Both the position numbers and the translations under genes were made by a program. The notes beneath the pieces are model-generated. The model was given only the letters and a program-made list of their open reading frames with translations. It had not been told where the DNA came from and did not search any database. Source: Eledone cirrhosa (lineage: Eukaryota). Taken from it: a stretch of 64,000 nt of DNA. The DNA is taken from assembly GCA_964016885.1 (NCBI GenBank), contig OZ024744.1, positions 87,544,001-87,608,000 on the forward strand, written 5' to 3'. Numbering within the stretch: the stretch's first letter is position 1; each line of letters starts with the position of its first letter. Shown here one piece after another: positions 12,847 through 26,119 of the stretch.

Positions 12847-13480
12847 CTAACAGAAAAAAAAAGAAGTGCGCTGTAAACATGAAGAAATCACTTCACGTTT
12901 TCGACGGAATAGACCAATATGAAATGCAGTAATTTTATGAATTTCGGTTAAACATAAGTCATATGTTGTTATTCTCTCCTTATATGGTTTAGAAGACTCA
13001 ATAATTGACCATTTTAGAGAGTACATATTATGATACTTGTTTTTTAAATCCCAAATATAATTCATACAGCAGGTGGAATTTTTCAGTTGTTCATTCTTAA
13101 ACGAAAGCTTATGTGAATACAATTGCGTCATATATTTGTTACATGTGACTTCGTTATAATTATCATCAATTTTTATTTCTAAGACAGTTTTCATTAAGAG
13201 GATATTGATTTGGAGCCTACAATTACGTCTAGGATTAACAATGATATTGTGAGATATGTTCTAATTACTATCACATTTAGATATAGAATCATCAGCATTA
13301 GTTGAAGTATTTCCATTAATAATCAAATTATTATTCAGGATATGCACACACATGTTATCCTGAATACTAGGTGTGCTAACATATTTATTAATCTTCATAT
13401 TTTTATTAAACACTAAGTAATCAGCTAAGTATCGAGAAATATACTTTAACAGTGTTAATTAGTTTAATAGTTTAATAGAT
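12847..13480 (-). pseudogene. Decayed Penelope-like element (Naiad-like) linker plus GIY-YIG endonuclease
   Basis: NTVKVYFS, NCR..(C)PLNENCL, then HKLSFKNEQLKNST..NYIWDLK..YSLKWSII..KPY..DLCLTE..KREVISSC. A degenerate CTGATGA-aggc motif lies downstream at ~12510-12546. Confidence 0.75.
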
Positions 13481-14392
13481 TAAAAATGTAATTATCTCCT
13501 ACATGGAAGATATTCTTCTTTCAGTTTCGATGGATTTTGTGGGTGTCTTGCAACGTTTTCATTTCTGATTATCATATAAATTTAGCATTTCAATGTTATA
13601 GGTATTTTTGCTTTAAAAACAAATGCATGTATATTTCTCATTGGATGTTATTTCTTCTGTGTGAAAGGCTGTACTATGGTTAAAAGAACTGAATTCCACA
13701 TATGTCTTTGGTTTATTATATATATATATGAGGAGGTTATATTTCACTTGAAACATTGTGTAATGAGGTATAGACGTCTGTATATATATAATGAAGCCAA
13801 AACAATGCAGGTATGGACATAGAATAAAGAATGCAAATGCAAAAGATATTGTTGACAATTAGTATTTTACCTTAGATTTATTTAAATGTCCTTAATTTTC
13901 GAGATAATATCTCTTCTTCGGAGGGAAGTAAAGCGGTTAAACCAGTGTTCTAAATAGCTTGCCAAGTCATGCTGACAGGAAATGGTATAGAGTATCTGTT
14001 CTATCTCTAATGTCAAAGAGTTAAGGTTAGGTGGATAAAGAGTAGTCTCCCTTTTAAAGGTTTTTTTTGTACATGCCTGTTTAAGTGTGTGGGAGAATGC
14101 ATGAAAGTGTAAGTACGTGAGTGTGTGTGTGTGAGAGTGAGAAGATATGTCTATATGTAAATGTGGGGGATAGATGTTATCTCATGTTAGAACTGGTCTT
14201 TGTGTGTGTATGTGTGTATGTGTGTGTGTGAGAGAGAATAAGTGGAGGTGTAAGCGTGTGTGTGTGTGCGTGTGTGTGTGTGTGTGTGGGGGCTTTTTTA
14301 TAGAAGCAGGTGTGGATGTTGCCTTCCTCTGTTACCCTGAGTTGGAAGTCCAGTAGGGATAGGGATCCGCGGTCATCGGGGTGTTCCATGCT

Positions 14393-15182
14393 GATCCCTA
14401 TCCCTACTAGACTTCCAACTCAGGGTAACAGAGGAAGGCAACATCCACACCTGCTTCTATAAAAAAAGCCGCCAGCAGGGCCCTGTTCGTACATTTCAGA
14501 TCGGCCCTCCCAGCCGGCGCTAAGTTCGGATACATAAGGAACGAACTACACGTATCCGGAACAAATGCACCGACGCTAGAGACCGAGACACACACATCAC
14601 ACATTTCCTGGAAGTACTCAAACTGAACGGATACACGGCATCCACCACAAAACGTGCCAGAAAGAACAGAGGACACCACACCCGAGACACTAACACTTGC
14701 TTCCTGAAGCTCCCACACTTCAGTGACGAAACAACAACAGCCATCCGCAGAGCTATCAGACGAGAGGGACTAGATATCCAACTGGCCCATCAGGTCCTTC
14801 TCTACGCGGACAGCTAACCAAAAGACACTCCACCAGACATGACAACTGCTGCAGGCTAGCCAACTGCCCCATCAACGACACAGACCTATGCCACCAGGCT
14901 TACGTCGTATACAGACTAGAGTGTGACAAATGCAGCAACTTCTACGTAGGTAGCACCACCAGACCACTCCACATAAGAATAAAAGAACACCTCAATACTA
15001 ACGCTTCCTCATTTAAGAAACATTTAGTTAAATGCAAAAACACCGACAAAACCATAACAGTTAGGATAGAAACTAAGGAAAGAAACCTCGGCAATCTTAG
15101 AATTAAGGAAGCACTAATTATAGACAAAACACACCCACCAATCAATAATAGACTAGAACTCAACACCCAATTTATAACTTGA
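14393..15182 (+). pseudogene. PLE ORF C-terminus: RT end/thumb, Cys linker and GIY-YIG endonuclease (frameshifted)
   Basis: SLSLLDFQL..FYKK..LFVHFRSALP..LKLNGY..FLKLPHFSD..CRLANCPINDTDLC..VVYRLECDKCSNFYVGSTTRPLHIRIKEH..FKKHLVKC..LRIKEALII..PPINNRLEL; stop TGA at 15180-15182. Not in the supplied ORF track. Confidence 0.92.
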
Positions 15183-15591
15183 TAGAGCTTCAAGCCCCAT
15201 ATTTACACACACCTCACACACACACACGCACACACACACGCACACACACACGCACGCACACCGACACACACACACGCTTACACCTCCACTTATTCTCTCA
15301 CACATATACACACACAAAGACCAGTTCTAACATGAGATAACATCTATCCCCCACATTTACATATAGACATATCTTCTCACTCTCACACACACACACTCAC
15401 ATAATTACACCTTCATGCATTCTCCCACACACTTAAACAGGCATGTACAAAAGAAACCTTTTAAAGGGAGACTACTCTTTATCCACCTAACCTTAACTCT
15501 TTGACATTAGAGATAGAACAGATACTCTATACCATTTCCTGTCAGCATGACTTGGCAAGCTATTTAGAACACTGGTTTAACCGCTTTACTT

Positions 15592-15628
15592 CCCTCCGAA
15601 GAAGAGATATTATCTCGAAAATTAAGGA
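15592..15628 (+). ncRNA. Variant minimal hammerhead-like motif in the PLE 3' repeat (mirror copy at ~13898-13926, minus strand)
   Basis: cct-CCGAAGA-a-gagat att atctc-GAAA-at-TA-agg. The core has U4C in both copies. Confidence 0.5.
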
Positions 15629-15741
15629 CATTTAAATAAATCTAAGGTAAAATACTAATTATCAACAATATCTTTTGCATTTGCATTCTTTATTCTATGT
15701 CCATACCTGCATTGTTTTGGCTTTATTATACATATACAAAC

Positions 15742-15914
<173 letters not shown>

Positions 15915-16639
15915 TATGTAATTCAGTGAATTACTGCTGGTACACTAGATGCACAGGCATTGTATATATTACGAAAAGCAATGAAGTTTCGTTTACATGT
16001 ATTTAGCTTTTCAGTAATGGAAAATGGTGCGCCATTAAATGGAGTGTATTAGAAAACTCCAATCCATATGTTAATGGAACTAAATTTTGATGGGCTATTT
16101 AACTTGAAAAAGTAGAATATACTCTCACAAATGTCTTCAGAGAGACACTGCTTAAATACCCACCACGATTGCTTTTGTTTCTGTCCACATGAAGCGAAAT
16201 TGATTCTGAGAGTAGCTGATTTTTATTTCAAAGAATTTAATTTCTTTTAATTACTAACTTTGCACATGTCCACCCTCCTTGTATACTGTTTTGAATGTTA
16301 TCCTCCTTTACATTACCTAAATTATTTCTTTATAGCTAAATTCGCAATTACTTGCCCTTGAAGTACTCTAGTGTTTTCATTCTACAAAAATTAAATCACC
16401 CTGTTAGGGTAGACAGTTTTTATTTTATTTTATATAACAGGCTGAATGAAACTTAAGTATATGTATATGACACTATTGTAACTAATTATATATATATATA
16501 TATGGGGGGCGGTGCGCGCGTGTGTGTGTGTGCGCGTGTGTATGCGTGCGTGCGTACGTGTATGCGTCCATAAAATGCATGAATATATATATCAATTTGA
16601 CTCGGTAAAATACATGACCCCTTTCGATACCAACCCGCC

Positions 16640-16930
16640 TAAAACACCTCTGTTTCTCTGGAACAAACTTCTCTAATTTTAAATGCTTTCAAATTAAATT
16701 ACAATATCCCACCATACTTAACATAAGAATATAGTGTTAAGTTAACTCATGAAAACCATCTTGGTAATGAAAGAATAATCTCAGAAAATCCCTCATATGT
16801 TAAATAATTGATTGAAATACATTTTAAAAAATATGGTCACGAATATGTTAAATATGCGAAGTATTCCTGTAGGCGCCAAACTAACTTAGGTGTCTGACAT
16901 TCAGTATCATATACTTAAATTTGGTTTATT
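16640..16930 (+). pseudogene. Possible highly decayed PLE reverse transcriptase relic
   Basis: Frameshifted stretch resembling LIENTF.KYG..Y...SIPVGA, similar to the RT4 'GIPMG' region. Weak. Confidence 0.3.
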
Positions 16931-18111
16931 TTATTCCTAGGCCATGAAGCCTACTCGACCATGTATATATTCTGATAATAGTCTAGCGCTTCTGTTAATA
17001 TATCTTAAGTTATAAGTTTCTTAGTAAATAGACCTTCACTCAATTATTGGTATCAATTCTATTATTTTTCTTAATATATTCTATTAATATTAATTTCAGA
17101 ATTTTTATAATTTCAATTAATAAGTGTTCTTAAATTTATGTGCTCTAACTTTAAGCCTATCACTTTAATTTGGTGAGTGTATCAGTTTAGTATAATGTCA
17201 GTTTAATATATTTTAGTTACTGCTCATATTTTCAACACTAATACATTTTAATTGCGTATGTAGGCTTCCATGCAATTTTAATATTTTTCCAAACAGTATT
17301 TGAATTTTTTTAAATGATTCTGAAGAGATTATCATAAAATGATTGAATATTCCTGATATGTTAACGAAACAATCGTCAATCAGTTAAATGATGTAATTTA
17401 GATCCTTGTTATACCTTACCCCTTTAAATATATAGTTAGTAATTAATAGAGTGTCCCAAAGTATACAATGTTGTTTTCAGATAAGAAATCTTGTAACTGG
17501 CCATTAATCGCTCATATACATGACTGACTGGCCTATCTGCTGATATGCAGATCTGGCTGATCAGTGGGTCTGCTAAAATGCAGATCTGACTGACCAGCCA
17601 GTGTCCTAATATGCAAATCAGACCAATCAGTATACTTCAGAAAATATCATATATTTTCACTAACTCTGACAGTTTGAAGGTAAGCAGTATACTGCACTGC
17701 TGAAGGGTAATAGCTGTATACAGATATGTATTGAAATTTTATATTTCTAAAGAAACACGGTATGTTTACAGGTGAAATTTCTATACATATCTGTATACAG
17801 CTATGCCTGAAGCTAAATTATAATTCTATTCTATTATTAATTGAGCCGACTTATGCAAATTCATATGCAAATGAGATTAATCACCTCATTTACAAAGACG
17901 AGAAAACTATATATTCTCGATTGTTTTCAAGTCCAGCTATCTGACTATCCCTCGCGGAAGATAGTCTGTATCATTTGTCTATTATTTCTTCATAGTTACA
18001 TTTTAAACTTATAGCCTCGTTTAAATGATTATTTATCTGGTTGATTTATACGGACAAGGGAGAGGAAATAGTGTACATATTTTATGTAATAATTCTTCAA
18101 ATTTGCAAATT

Positions 18112-18154
<43 letters not shown>

Positions 18155-18158
<4 letters not shown>

Positions 18159-18365
18159 ATATTAATAAATTTGAAGACTAAAATCCAAAGAGGGCTCGAT
18201 AAGGATAAATATATATCAAATATATAAGAACAGTAGAGCAAATATTTATTAAAATAACAGATTAAAGTTTAAACAAAGAATCGCTGTTTTCACCCCATTA
18301 ACGGAAGATCCCGTTAAGGGTGAAAGCAGCGGTTGTTTGCTTAAACTTTAATCTGTTATTTGAAT
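18155..18365. mobile_element. Repeat family F1 foldback copy, turning at ~18303
   Basis: ...aatcgctgttttcaccccattaacgg|aagatcccgttaagggtgaaagcagcgg...; (TA)n flanks. Confidence 0.88.
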
Positions 18366-18368
18366 ATA

Positions 18369-18488
<120 letters not shown>

Positions 18489-18847
18489 GAAAATGTAAGT
18501 TTTAGATGTTGAATGTCTTTTATTAATAAAGCTGTAATACGCATTTCAATGACAATAATAATCTCTTGATGATTTAACCATTATCATGTTCTCGTCAGAC
18601 AGCGACATTGACTAGAAGGTTACATTTCCGGGTCATTCCTTGATTCAATGGAACGGATGAAAAATTATGATTTTGTTTAAATTAACCTTTCCCTGTGAGG
18701 TTATGACCATCCCGGCAGCTCAGCGCAGACGCAAAGGCGGAGAAAGGTGACCACTTAACTACCACCCAAAACAATACTACCCTACGTGAGTCTACCCACA
18801 CATCTGACCCTCAACACCCACCATCTCAGCCGGCAACAGGATACGAG

Positions 18848-18908
<61 letters not shown>

Positions 18909-19235
18909 AAGTTATATTTAAAATTGTTGGGTTACAACTAGTAAATATTTATAACTGATATAAAAGCACTCGACAAATATTTGGAGTATATTTACAATAT
19001 TAAATAAATGGAATTGTAGTATTCTATAATATTTTTATAAATAGTATTGTAGTATTCTATAATATTTTTATTTTTTATTTTATTTTTAATATTTTTATAT
19101 GTAAATTTTTAATACGTAATATTTTTTAATACGTAGTATTTTTAATATGCAATATTTTTATTATGTAATATTCTTTCGTAATATTTTTTAGTTCTCTATT
19201 CTATATTTTTATATATTTTTACTTATTATTATTAT

Positions 19236-19425
19236 TGGATTGGCAGTATCGGTAGAGGGTCGGACGCCATGCTTTCAGCATAGTTACGTCCCTTTACGAT
19301 CTGAGTTCAAATCCCGCCGAGGTTGACTTTGCCTTTCATCCTTACGGGGTCGATAAAATAAAGTACCAGTAATGCACTGGGTAATTGCTGGCCTTGTGCC
19401 TAAAGTAGAAACAATTATTATTATT
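19236..19425 (+). mobile_element. tRNA-derived SINE, family 1, variant B
   Basis: A-box-like tggcagtatcgg, B-box gagttcaaatccc, (att)n tail. Confidence 0.9.
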
Positions 19426-19872
19426 GTTATCTTTGTTTATAATATAATATATATTTTCGATTAGTATATTGAAATCTGCTCTCTATTTCTGCTTGATAGA
19501 TAATCTTGTAGAGTAATCGCAAGAATAATAATACGCTCAAATTTTTGTACCACATTGAGAATGTTTTCCGGTAACTTAGAGTTTGCGGAGTGAATCAGTT
19601 GGATTCACATTGATGTTTGTAGCTGTCACATAAACATATGAATTTTTTAAAACTAAACATAAGATAATGAATTTTCACACATTGTGAATACTTGTTTCAT
19701 TCAGGAATACTGATATTTACAATGTAGTGTAAGTTTTATAAATACTAATACATTAAAACGGGTTTTCTACGCCTCGAATATGTCTGGCTATTTCTAAATT
19801 TTTTTTTTTTTTTTTCTCTCTCTATATCTCTCTATATCTCTCTATATATCTCCCTTACATTAATACTTGAGC

Positions 19873-19907
<35 letters not shown>

Positions 19908-20082
19908 ATGTATCATTGATACACTTACTCAAAATGACCTCCCACTACCTAATTTTCTATATATATATATGTATCTATCTCTATTTCCTCTCTCTCTCTA
20001 TATATATATATATCTTTCTGTCTCTTTACATGAAGCTCTTCGCTTTATCTATTTTTCCATCTCTCTATTTTGTTCCATGCAT

Positions 20083-20192
20083 TTTTTCTTTTTCTTTTTC
20101 TTTTTCTTTTTCTTTTTCTTTTTCTTTTTCTTTTTCTTTTTCTTTTTCTTTTTCTTTTTCTTTTTCTTTTTCTTTTTCTTTTTCTTTTTCTT
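20083..20192. repeat. (TTTTTC)n hexanucleotide microsatellite
   Basis: Direct inspection. Confidence 0.95.
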
Positions 20193-20354
20193 CCTTTTCT
20201 TCGTTGTGTCTTTCTTTCTTTCTTTTTTCCCTCTTTTCTTTCTCTCTTTCTTTCTTTCTCTCTGTATTTTCACTGCTAGCGTAAACCTCTTCAAATGAAG
20301 TTGATGTTTATTACGGTATGTCGAATATATTTATCTATAAAACTGTTTATATTG

Positions 20355-20420
20355 TATTTTGTCTGATGAAGGCATAGCATATTGTTAATATGATATCCCC
20401 GAAATATATATAATGAAATA
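20355..20420 (+). ncRNA. Type-I hammerhead ribozyme motif within repeat 20290-20460
   Basis: tattttgt-CTGATGA-a gg.ata.catatt gtt aatatg.tat.cc-GAAA-tatata-TA-atgaaata. Stem I pairs over 8 bp (2 G-U) and stem III is palindromic. Confidence 0.72.
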
Positions 20421-20830
20421 AATATGGTTTTATAAATATAGTTTTCCATTTATTTAATATATATATATATATATATATATAGTTGCTTGGTGCGTAACTT
20501 TCATTTACTGATGGTTTACCAGTTTAAGCAGGTAATGTTATTGCGTGGATCAGGCTACTCTAATAAGCTATGAATTCTGCAGTCGGGGCCGATCGTGACA
20601 GATAGTTTTTTGAGCTGCTCGTGGGCGAAACGCGCGTCACGTGTGGATAGTACATGCACAAGATTATTGAATTGATAATCAGTTCCTGATTGCACATTAT
20701 AACTATTATAAAAATATTATTTCATATAGATATATGTATATACATATGTGTGTGTGTGTGTGTGTATATATACACACACACACATATACATATATATACA
20801 TTTATATATATATATATGTATATATATATA

Positions 20831-20932
<102 letters not shown>

Positions 20933-21380
20933 ATACGTTTATATGTGTATACTAACCTCATTTTTTTTTCCGTTTCCCGTCCTGTATCATGAACCTAAAT
21001 TATCAGTTGTGTCACGTCAATTGTTATTTTTTTTCCCCTCTCCTGGCAATATTATATATTTTTGTTAACCCACGTGACTAACCATGTGTCGATTTTTGTT
21101 TCAGGATGTTTTTTTTTTCTTTTTCCTTTTATCTGTAGATAACCTTCATTATTATGTTTTGGTTTTAGATATTTTATTTTTATTTTTATTTTATTTTATT
21201 TATTTATTATTTATTTTTATTTGATTATTTACTAATATTATTATTTATTTATATTTTTTTAAATGGAGTTATCCCACTACTAATCATATAAATATTACAT
21301 GTTCCTAGTCAGCATACTTAAACATCCAGATGAACAATAAAATATTATATTGACTAGATAAAAATCGATTATTATTATTA

Positions 21381-21441
<61 letters not shown>

Positions 21442-21574
21442 CATCAGCATTACCGTTATTATTTTTGTTATATTTATATATATATAAAGATATATATTTA
21501 TATATACATATATATACATATACATATATATATATACATATTTCTATATATATATATGTGTGTGTGTGTGTATG

Positions 21575-21622
<48 letters not shown>

Positions 21623-21691
21623 CACATACGGATACATATACACACACTCACACGCTCTCTCTCTCTCACACACACCCACACCCACACACAG

Positions 21692-21732
<41 letters not shown>

Positions 21733-22053
21733 TAAACATATTCGTAGCCGACGCTCTCGACAGGGAGGTAATCTAACGCTTCTACAGCTTATTTAATTTG
21801 CTTTTTTTGCTGCCTCGTCGGTAAGCTGTAACAATTATGGGAGTCCGTCAAGTTTTAAGTGTCTCAAAGCTGCGTTCCTCACTCTGCGCTGCATGAAACC
21901 GTCATTATCTAAAATTTTCAGATCTCTATCGGTGTTATTTGGCAGTGAACTGGATCAAATAAAAAAATATAAATATAATAAAATAACAAAAAAATATGAT
22001 AGTAGAAGTACATGTATTATTATTAATAATAATAATAATAACAACAACAACAA

Positions 22054-22110
<57 letters not shown>

Positions 22111-22489
22111 AAAAAAACAACAGCAACAGCAACAGCAACAAATAAATAAATAGATATATAAATAGCACGAAGCATGTCGTGTACCGAAAAAAAAAAAAAA
22201 CACACGCCCGTGCGTACGTGTACGCACGTATCCTTGTACGTTGTTACGCGTGGTTTCATACATTTACCCAGTAACAAACGTACATAGACGTCCAAATGCA
22301 CAGAAACAAATGCAAACACTAAGAGACTTACCTTCTACATATACGTACAATTTCTGTATTAGGCGCTCGGTCATAAAAAAAATAAAATAATGATATAAAA
22401 TAAAATAAAATTACTACTAATGGAACAGCAGATGTCTCCTTAACTTCATTCGGCAGTTAAAGTGATCAATCAAGGCGTAGTACATATTG

Positions 22490-22525
<36 letters not shown>

Positions 22526-22598
22526 TGTATAATATATATATATACTCATATATATTTATACTATATAGAGGCATATATATATATATATATATATATTC

Positions 22599-22632
<34 letters not shown>

Positions 22633-24141
22633 CTGTGTGTGTCTGTGTGTGTGTATATATATATATGTGTACTATATAGAGGCATATATATATATATATA
22701 TTCATATATATATATATATGTGTGTGTGTCTGTGTGTGTCTGTGTGTGTGTATATATATATATGTGTGTACTATATATAGGCATATATATATATATTCAA
22801 ATATATATGTATGTGTGTGTGTGTGTGTTGTGTATGTGTATATGGGTATTGGTGTAATTGTAAGTGTAAAGAAATATAGATATATATGTGCTTGTGTGTA
22901 TTCATGTAAATGTGCTTCCCAACATGTGTCTGTGTGTCTGTGTGCATATGTTTGTAGTTATGTATGTTTAATTCCCTCAATGAGACATCATAAGGCTCTA
23001 AGCTACATTAAAATAAACACATTTGGGAAATGACGTATTCCGAATTAGCTTACTGGTTTTTGGCGTGTATTCAGTGAGAAATAATAAATGAACATATATA
23101 TACTTACACACACACACACACACACTAACACACACACACACAACACACACACACACACACGCGCGCGCACACACAAACACACACTCATTCACACTTCTAT
23201 ATGTTTTTTTTAGTTCTTCTATTTCTCTCTCCTATTCTCTGGAAGGAATAGGCTGTATTCAGTTCTGGAGAGAAATGCATTTCGGTCGGTTTGAATATTC
23301 CTACAACTCAATAGTGAGTTAATGTTTCCCTCTTATTTTCTCTTTCTCTCTTTCCAATTCTCTCTCTCTCCCACTCACACACACGCTAATCTTACAATAA
23401 ACTATGTACCAAAGGATTAGATATTTAGAATCTACCATATCCAAACCTCTGCGATATTTTAGTATTACTTTTCCATTCATTATCTTCAGAATCCCTCACC
23501 TTTTTTTATCACTTTATTTAATTCTTGCACCTTAGGATTGAACTATATCAACAATTCCTTTTCCAACCACGAAGCAACGAGGGATCCTATACATCCTAGC
23601 TTGAATTATTAAAATATCCGCCTATTAACCTTTAAAGTGCAAACTATTGCTTTTAGTGTGGAAAGGAGCTATTTTAGAGTATTGTATATAGATCCTATAT
23701 AGGACCTACTCGAAAGAAAGACGATATAACCGTTTTTGTACCATAGGTTTTCTCAGTTAGGTACATCCTGAGGAATAACCAAAAACAGCGTTTTTAGGAA
23801 GATACAAATTCGATTTTATGTCAATGCAACAGTGTTAATAACAATGACACAAATATTTTAGCAACACTTACTCTACGAGATATGAGTTAATTTCGAGTGT
23901 TCGTTATGAATTTAAAATCCGTTTTGTTGCATCACGTCTACATTTTCCTTTACAAGATAACGCACATATACTACATTTACAGAAAAAGTGTCTAATCTTG
24001 TGAACATTTAAAGCAATTTATTGATGTACTAAACTACATTAATCGCTGCTAAAATAAAAATATACACATAATACAAGTTACAGCATTGGTTTCACTTTCA
24101 AGATCAGCTGTTGCGTTAGTTCCATCGGCTAAAACTCCAAA

Positions 24142-24720
24142 TTATCTGAGCATTATTCCAGCAAGGTAAGTATCATTCTTAGAAAGCCCTAACTTTCGAA
24201 CAGAATGATCCAGTTGTTCTTGACTTATTTTAGGGCATGAAAAAAAATTATTCTTGTCAGCCATTTCAAAATCCTTGACAGCGGTTTGGTTTTCACATCC
24301 AGTTTCGCCATCGGAATCATCAGTTGACTCACACAATTGTTGATTGCTTGGCGCAGTAATTTCATCTTCATATGGCTGTGACCTTATGGCAGATTGGAAA
24401 TTAGGATACTTGATAATATTTTATAGTTTTCTTATTGAAAACCTCAACATTTGTAATGCAAATGCAGCAATCAGTAGAATGGTTATTTTGTTCTCTCCAT
24501 GTCATTGGAATGGCAAATTGCATTTGCTTCAGCTTGCCACTAGACCACAAGGAAAGCCGATCACTGACATTTATCTTGTTCTTTAAGTTACATTTTGAAG
24601 CAATCAGTGTATCTTGCTTGTATGGTTATCACGATGTTTCTCCTGCAGTTCTTGAATGCTTATTCCTCACAGATTTAGCAAAACTGAACTGGATCATTGT
24701 GACATACACGACTTGAAGTA
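24142..24720 (-). pseudogene. Fossil Chapaev3-like (CMC superfamily) transposase N-terminus
   Basis: SRVCHNDPVQFC*ICEE..RRNI..EQDK, LWSSGKLKQMQFAIPMTWREQNNHSTDCCIC, IKYPNFQSAIRSQP..EI, SQEQLDHSVRKLGLSK. The motif order matches Chapaev3 transposases as recalled; stops and frameshifts present. Confidence 0.78.
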
Positions 24721-24811
24721 AATTGAAGTCGAAAAAGAAAGAAAAAAGAGCAGTCCAACGTGAACAGAGCAATTACCCTTGTGATACATCGAGTCACAAT
24801 AACTTCTGAAA

Positions 24812-24862
24812 TAATAATTGTTTCTACTTTAGGCACAAGGCCAGCAAATACCCAGTGCATTA
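24812..24862 (-). mobile_element. 3' fragment of SINE family 1
   Basis: ttgtttctactttaggcacaaggccagcaaatacccagtgcatta. Confidence 0.8.
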
Positions 24863-25314
24863 TAATAATAATAATAATATTGATAATGATAATAACAGGG
24901 GACTCATTATACCCTCTCCATTTTTGTTTTTCTCTGACCTACTAACAAATTGCTGAATGAAACCACCATGGGTTGCAGATGCTATTAATAAAATAGAAAT
25001 TATCGCCAGTGTGTTTGTAACCTAAAATCTTTACAAACAATATCACCGAACTAAAAAACCTCATAAAATGTGCCTATAGCTTCAGGAAAAACATATAGAT
25101 GTGTATGAGATTAGGCAAATATGTGAAAGTCCATCTAGGAAACATCAAATTACGTAGTGCTCTGAATATTACACTACACATAAAGACTGAACATTGAGAA
25201 TTAGATCACAATCACACATACACTATACAACAGAAAAAATGTAAGATAAAATTAGGAAAGAATTTTACAGATGAATTGGAATATAATAAACTGAGCGCAA
25301 TGCTAGAAATATGA

Positions 25315-25415
<101 letters not shown>

Positions 25416-26119
25416 TAGAACACTGGAAGGTAATATCCGTAGTGGTAGAGCACTTAGTCCATGGGACGAGTTAGGTAGAAGTGGTAACACAACAGTTAGT
25501 TCACCATAATATATATATATATATACTCTGACCATACCAAGCTTCAATATAATAATGTCTGGCCACAAAAACAATTATAATACTTAAAAGAGATCTTAAC
25601 ACCAAAGGCGGAGTAGCCAGTCTAATGAGATGATTCACCACATCATCTCAGACACTGAGAAGTTTGAAAATGTACTCAAACATGATCGATCTATGTACCA
25701 TTACTATGATAGGAAAATGGACAGGAGGTATAAACATACACCAAACACGGCGTGTGACTACTAACTGGTCATAATCATCTGAGATAAGTCCGTTGAAACT
25801 GAAAAATAAATCGAAGCAAAACCACCAAACATGAAAATCAAGGATGGAAAAACAAACATATACATTCTGAACATCACAATCCATTCTGACAAAAATCTTG
25901 CCCGAAATGAAGTGGAAAACTATCAAAATACAAGAATCTTGAAGTTGAAATTTACGTGTTGTATGGAAGATAAAGACCGCGCCAGTAATAATCGGGAGAT
26001 ATGTTATGATAAAATAAAATATGAACAAAAGGATAAAAGCCATACAAGGATTCATAATACTTACGCATGATGCACAATAGCTCCGACCTTTGAAGAAATG
26101 GTCTATTAACTTCCAAGCC

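Larger units (their letters stand above)
13796..15725 (+). mobile_element. 5'-truncated Penelope-like element with an inverted copy of its 3' repeat (13796-14290) and an inverted RT piece (14291-14392)
   Basis: 13796-14260 is the reverse complement of ~15270-15724; the coding core lies between them. Confidence 0.92.

Noticed and set aside
12847-13480. Selenocysteine recoding in the Naiad-like fragment
   Set aside because: Too decayed; no interpretable in-frame TGA or SECIS seen.
10140-13620. Similarity between ~10195-10315 (+) and ~13500-13612 (-) as a coding remnant
   Set aside because: Probably two old copies of an unclassified repeat; no protein motif or termini could be assigned.
14407-15193. 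Minus-strand ORFs of 74-103 aa
   Set aside because: Antisense to the real PLE RT/GIY-YIG frame on the plus strand.
20590-20645. gcgaaacgcgcgtcacg as a hammerhead
   Set aside because: It has GAAA, a palindrome and GUC, but no recognisable CUGANGA upstream; the same applies to gcgaaacgcgtc at ~35431 and gcgaaactgtc (minus) at ~11968.
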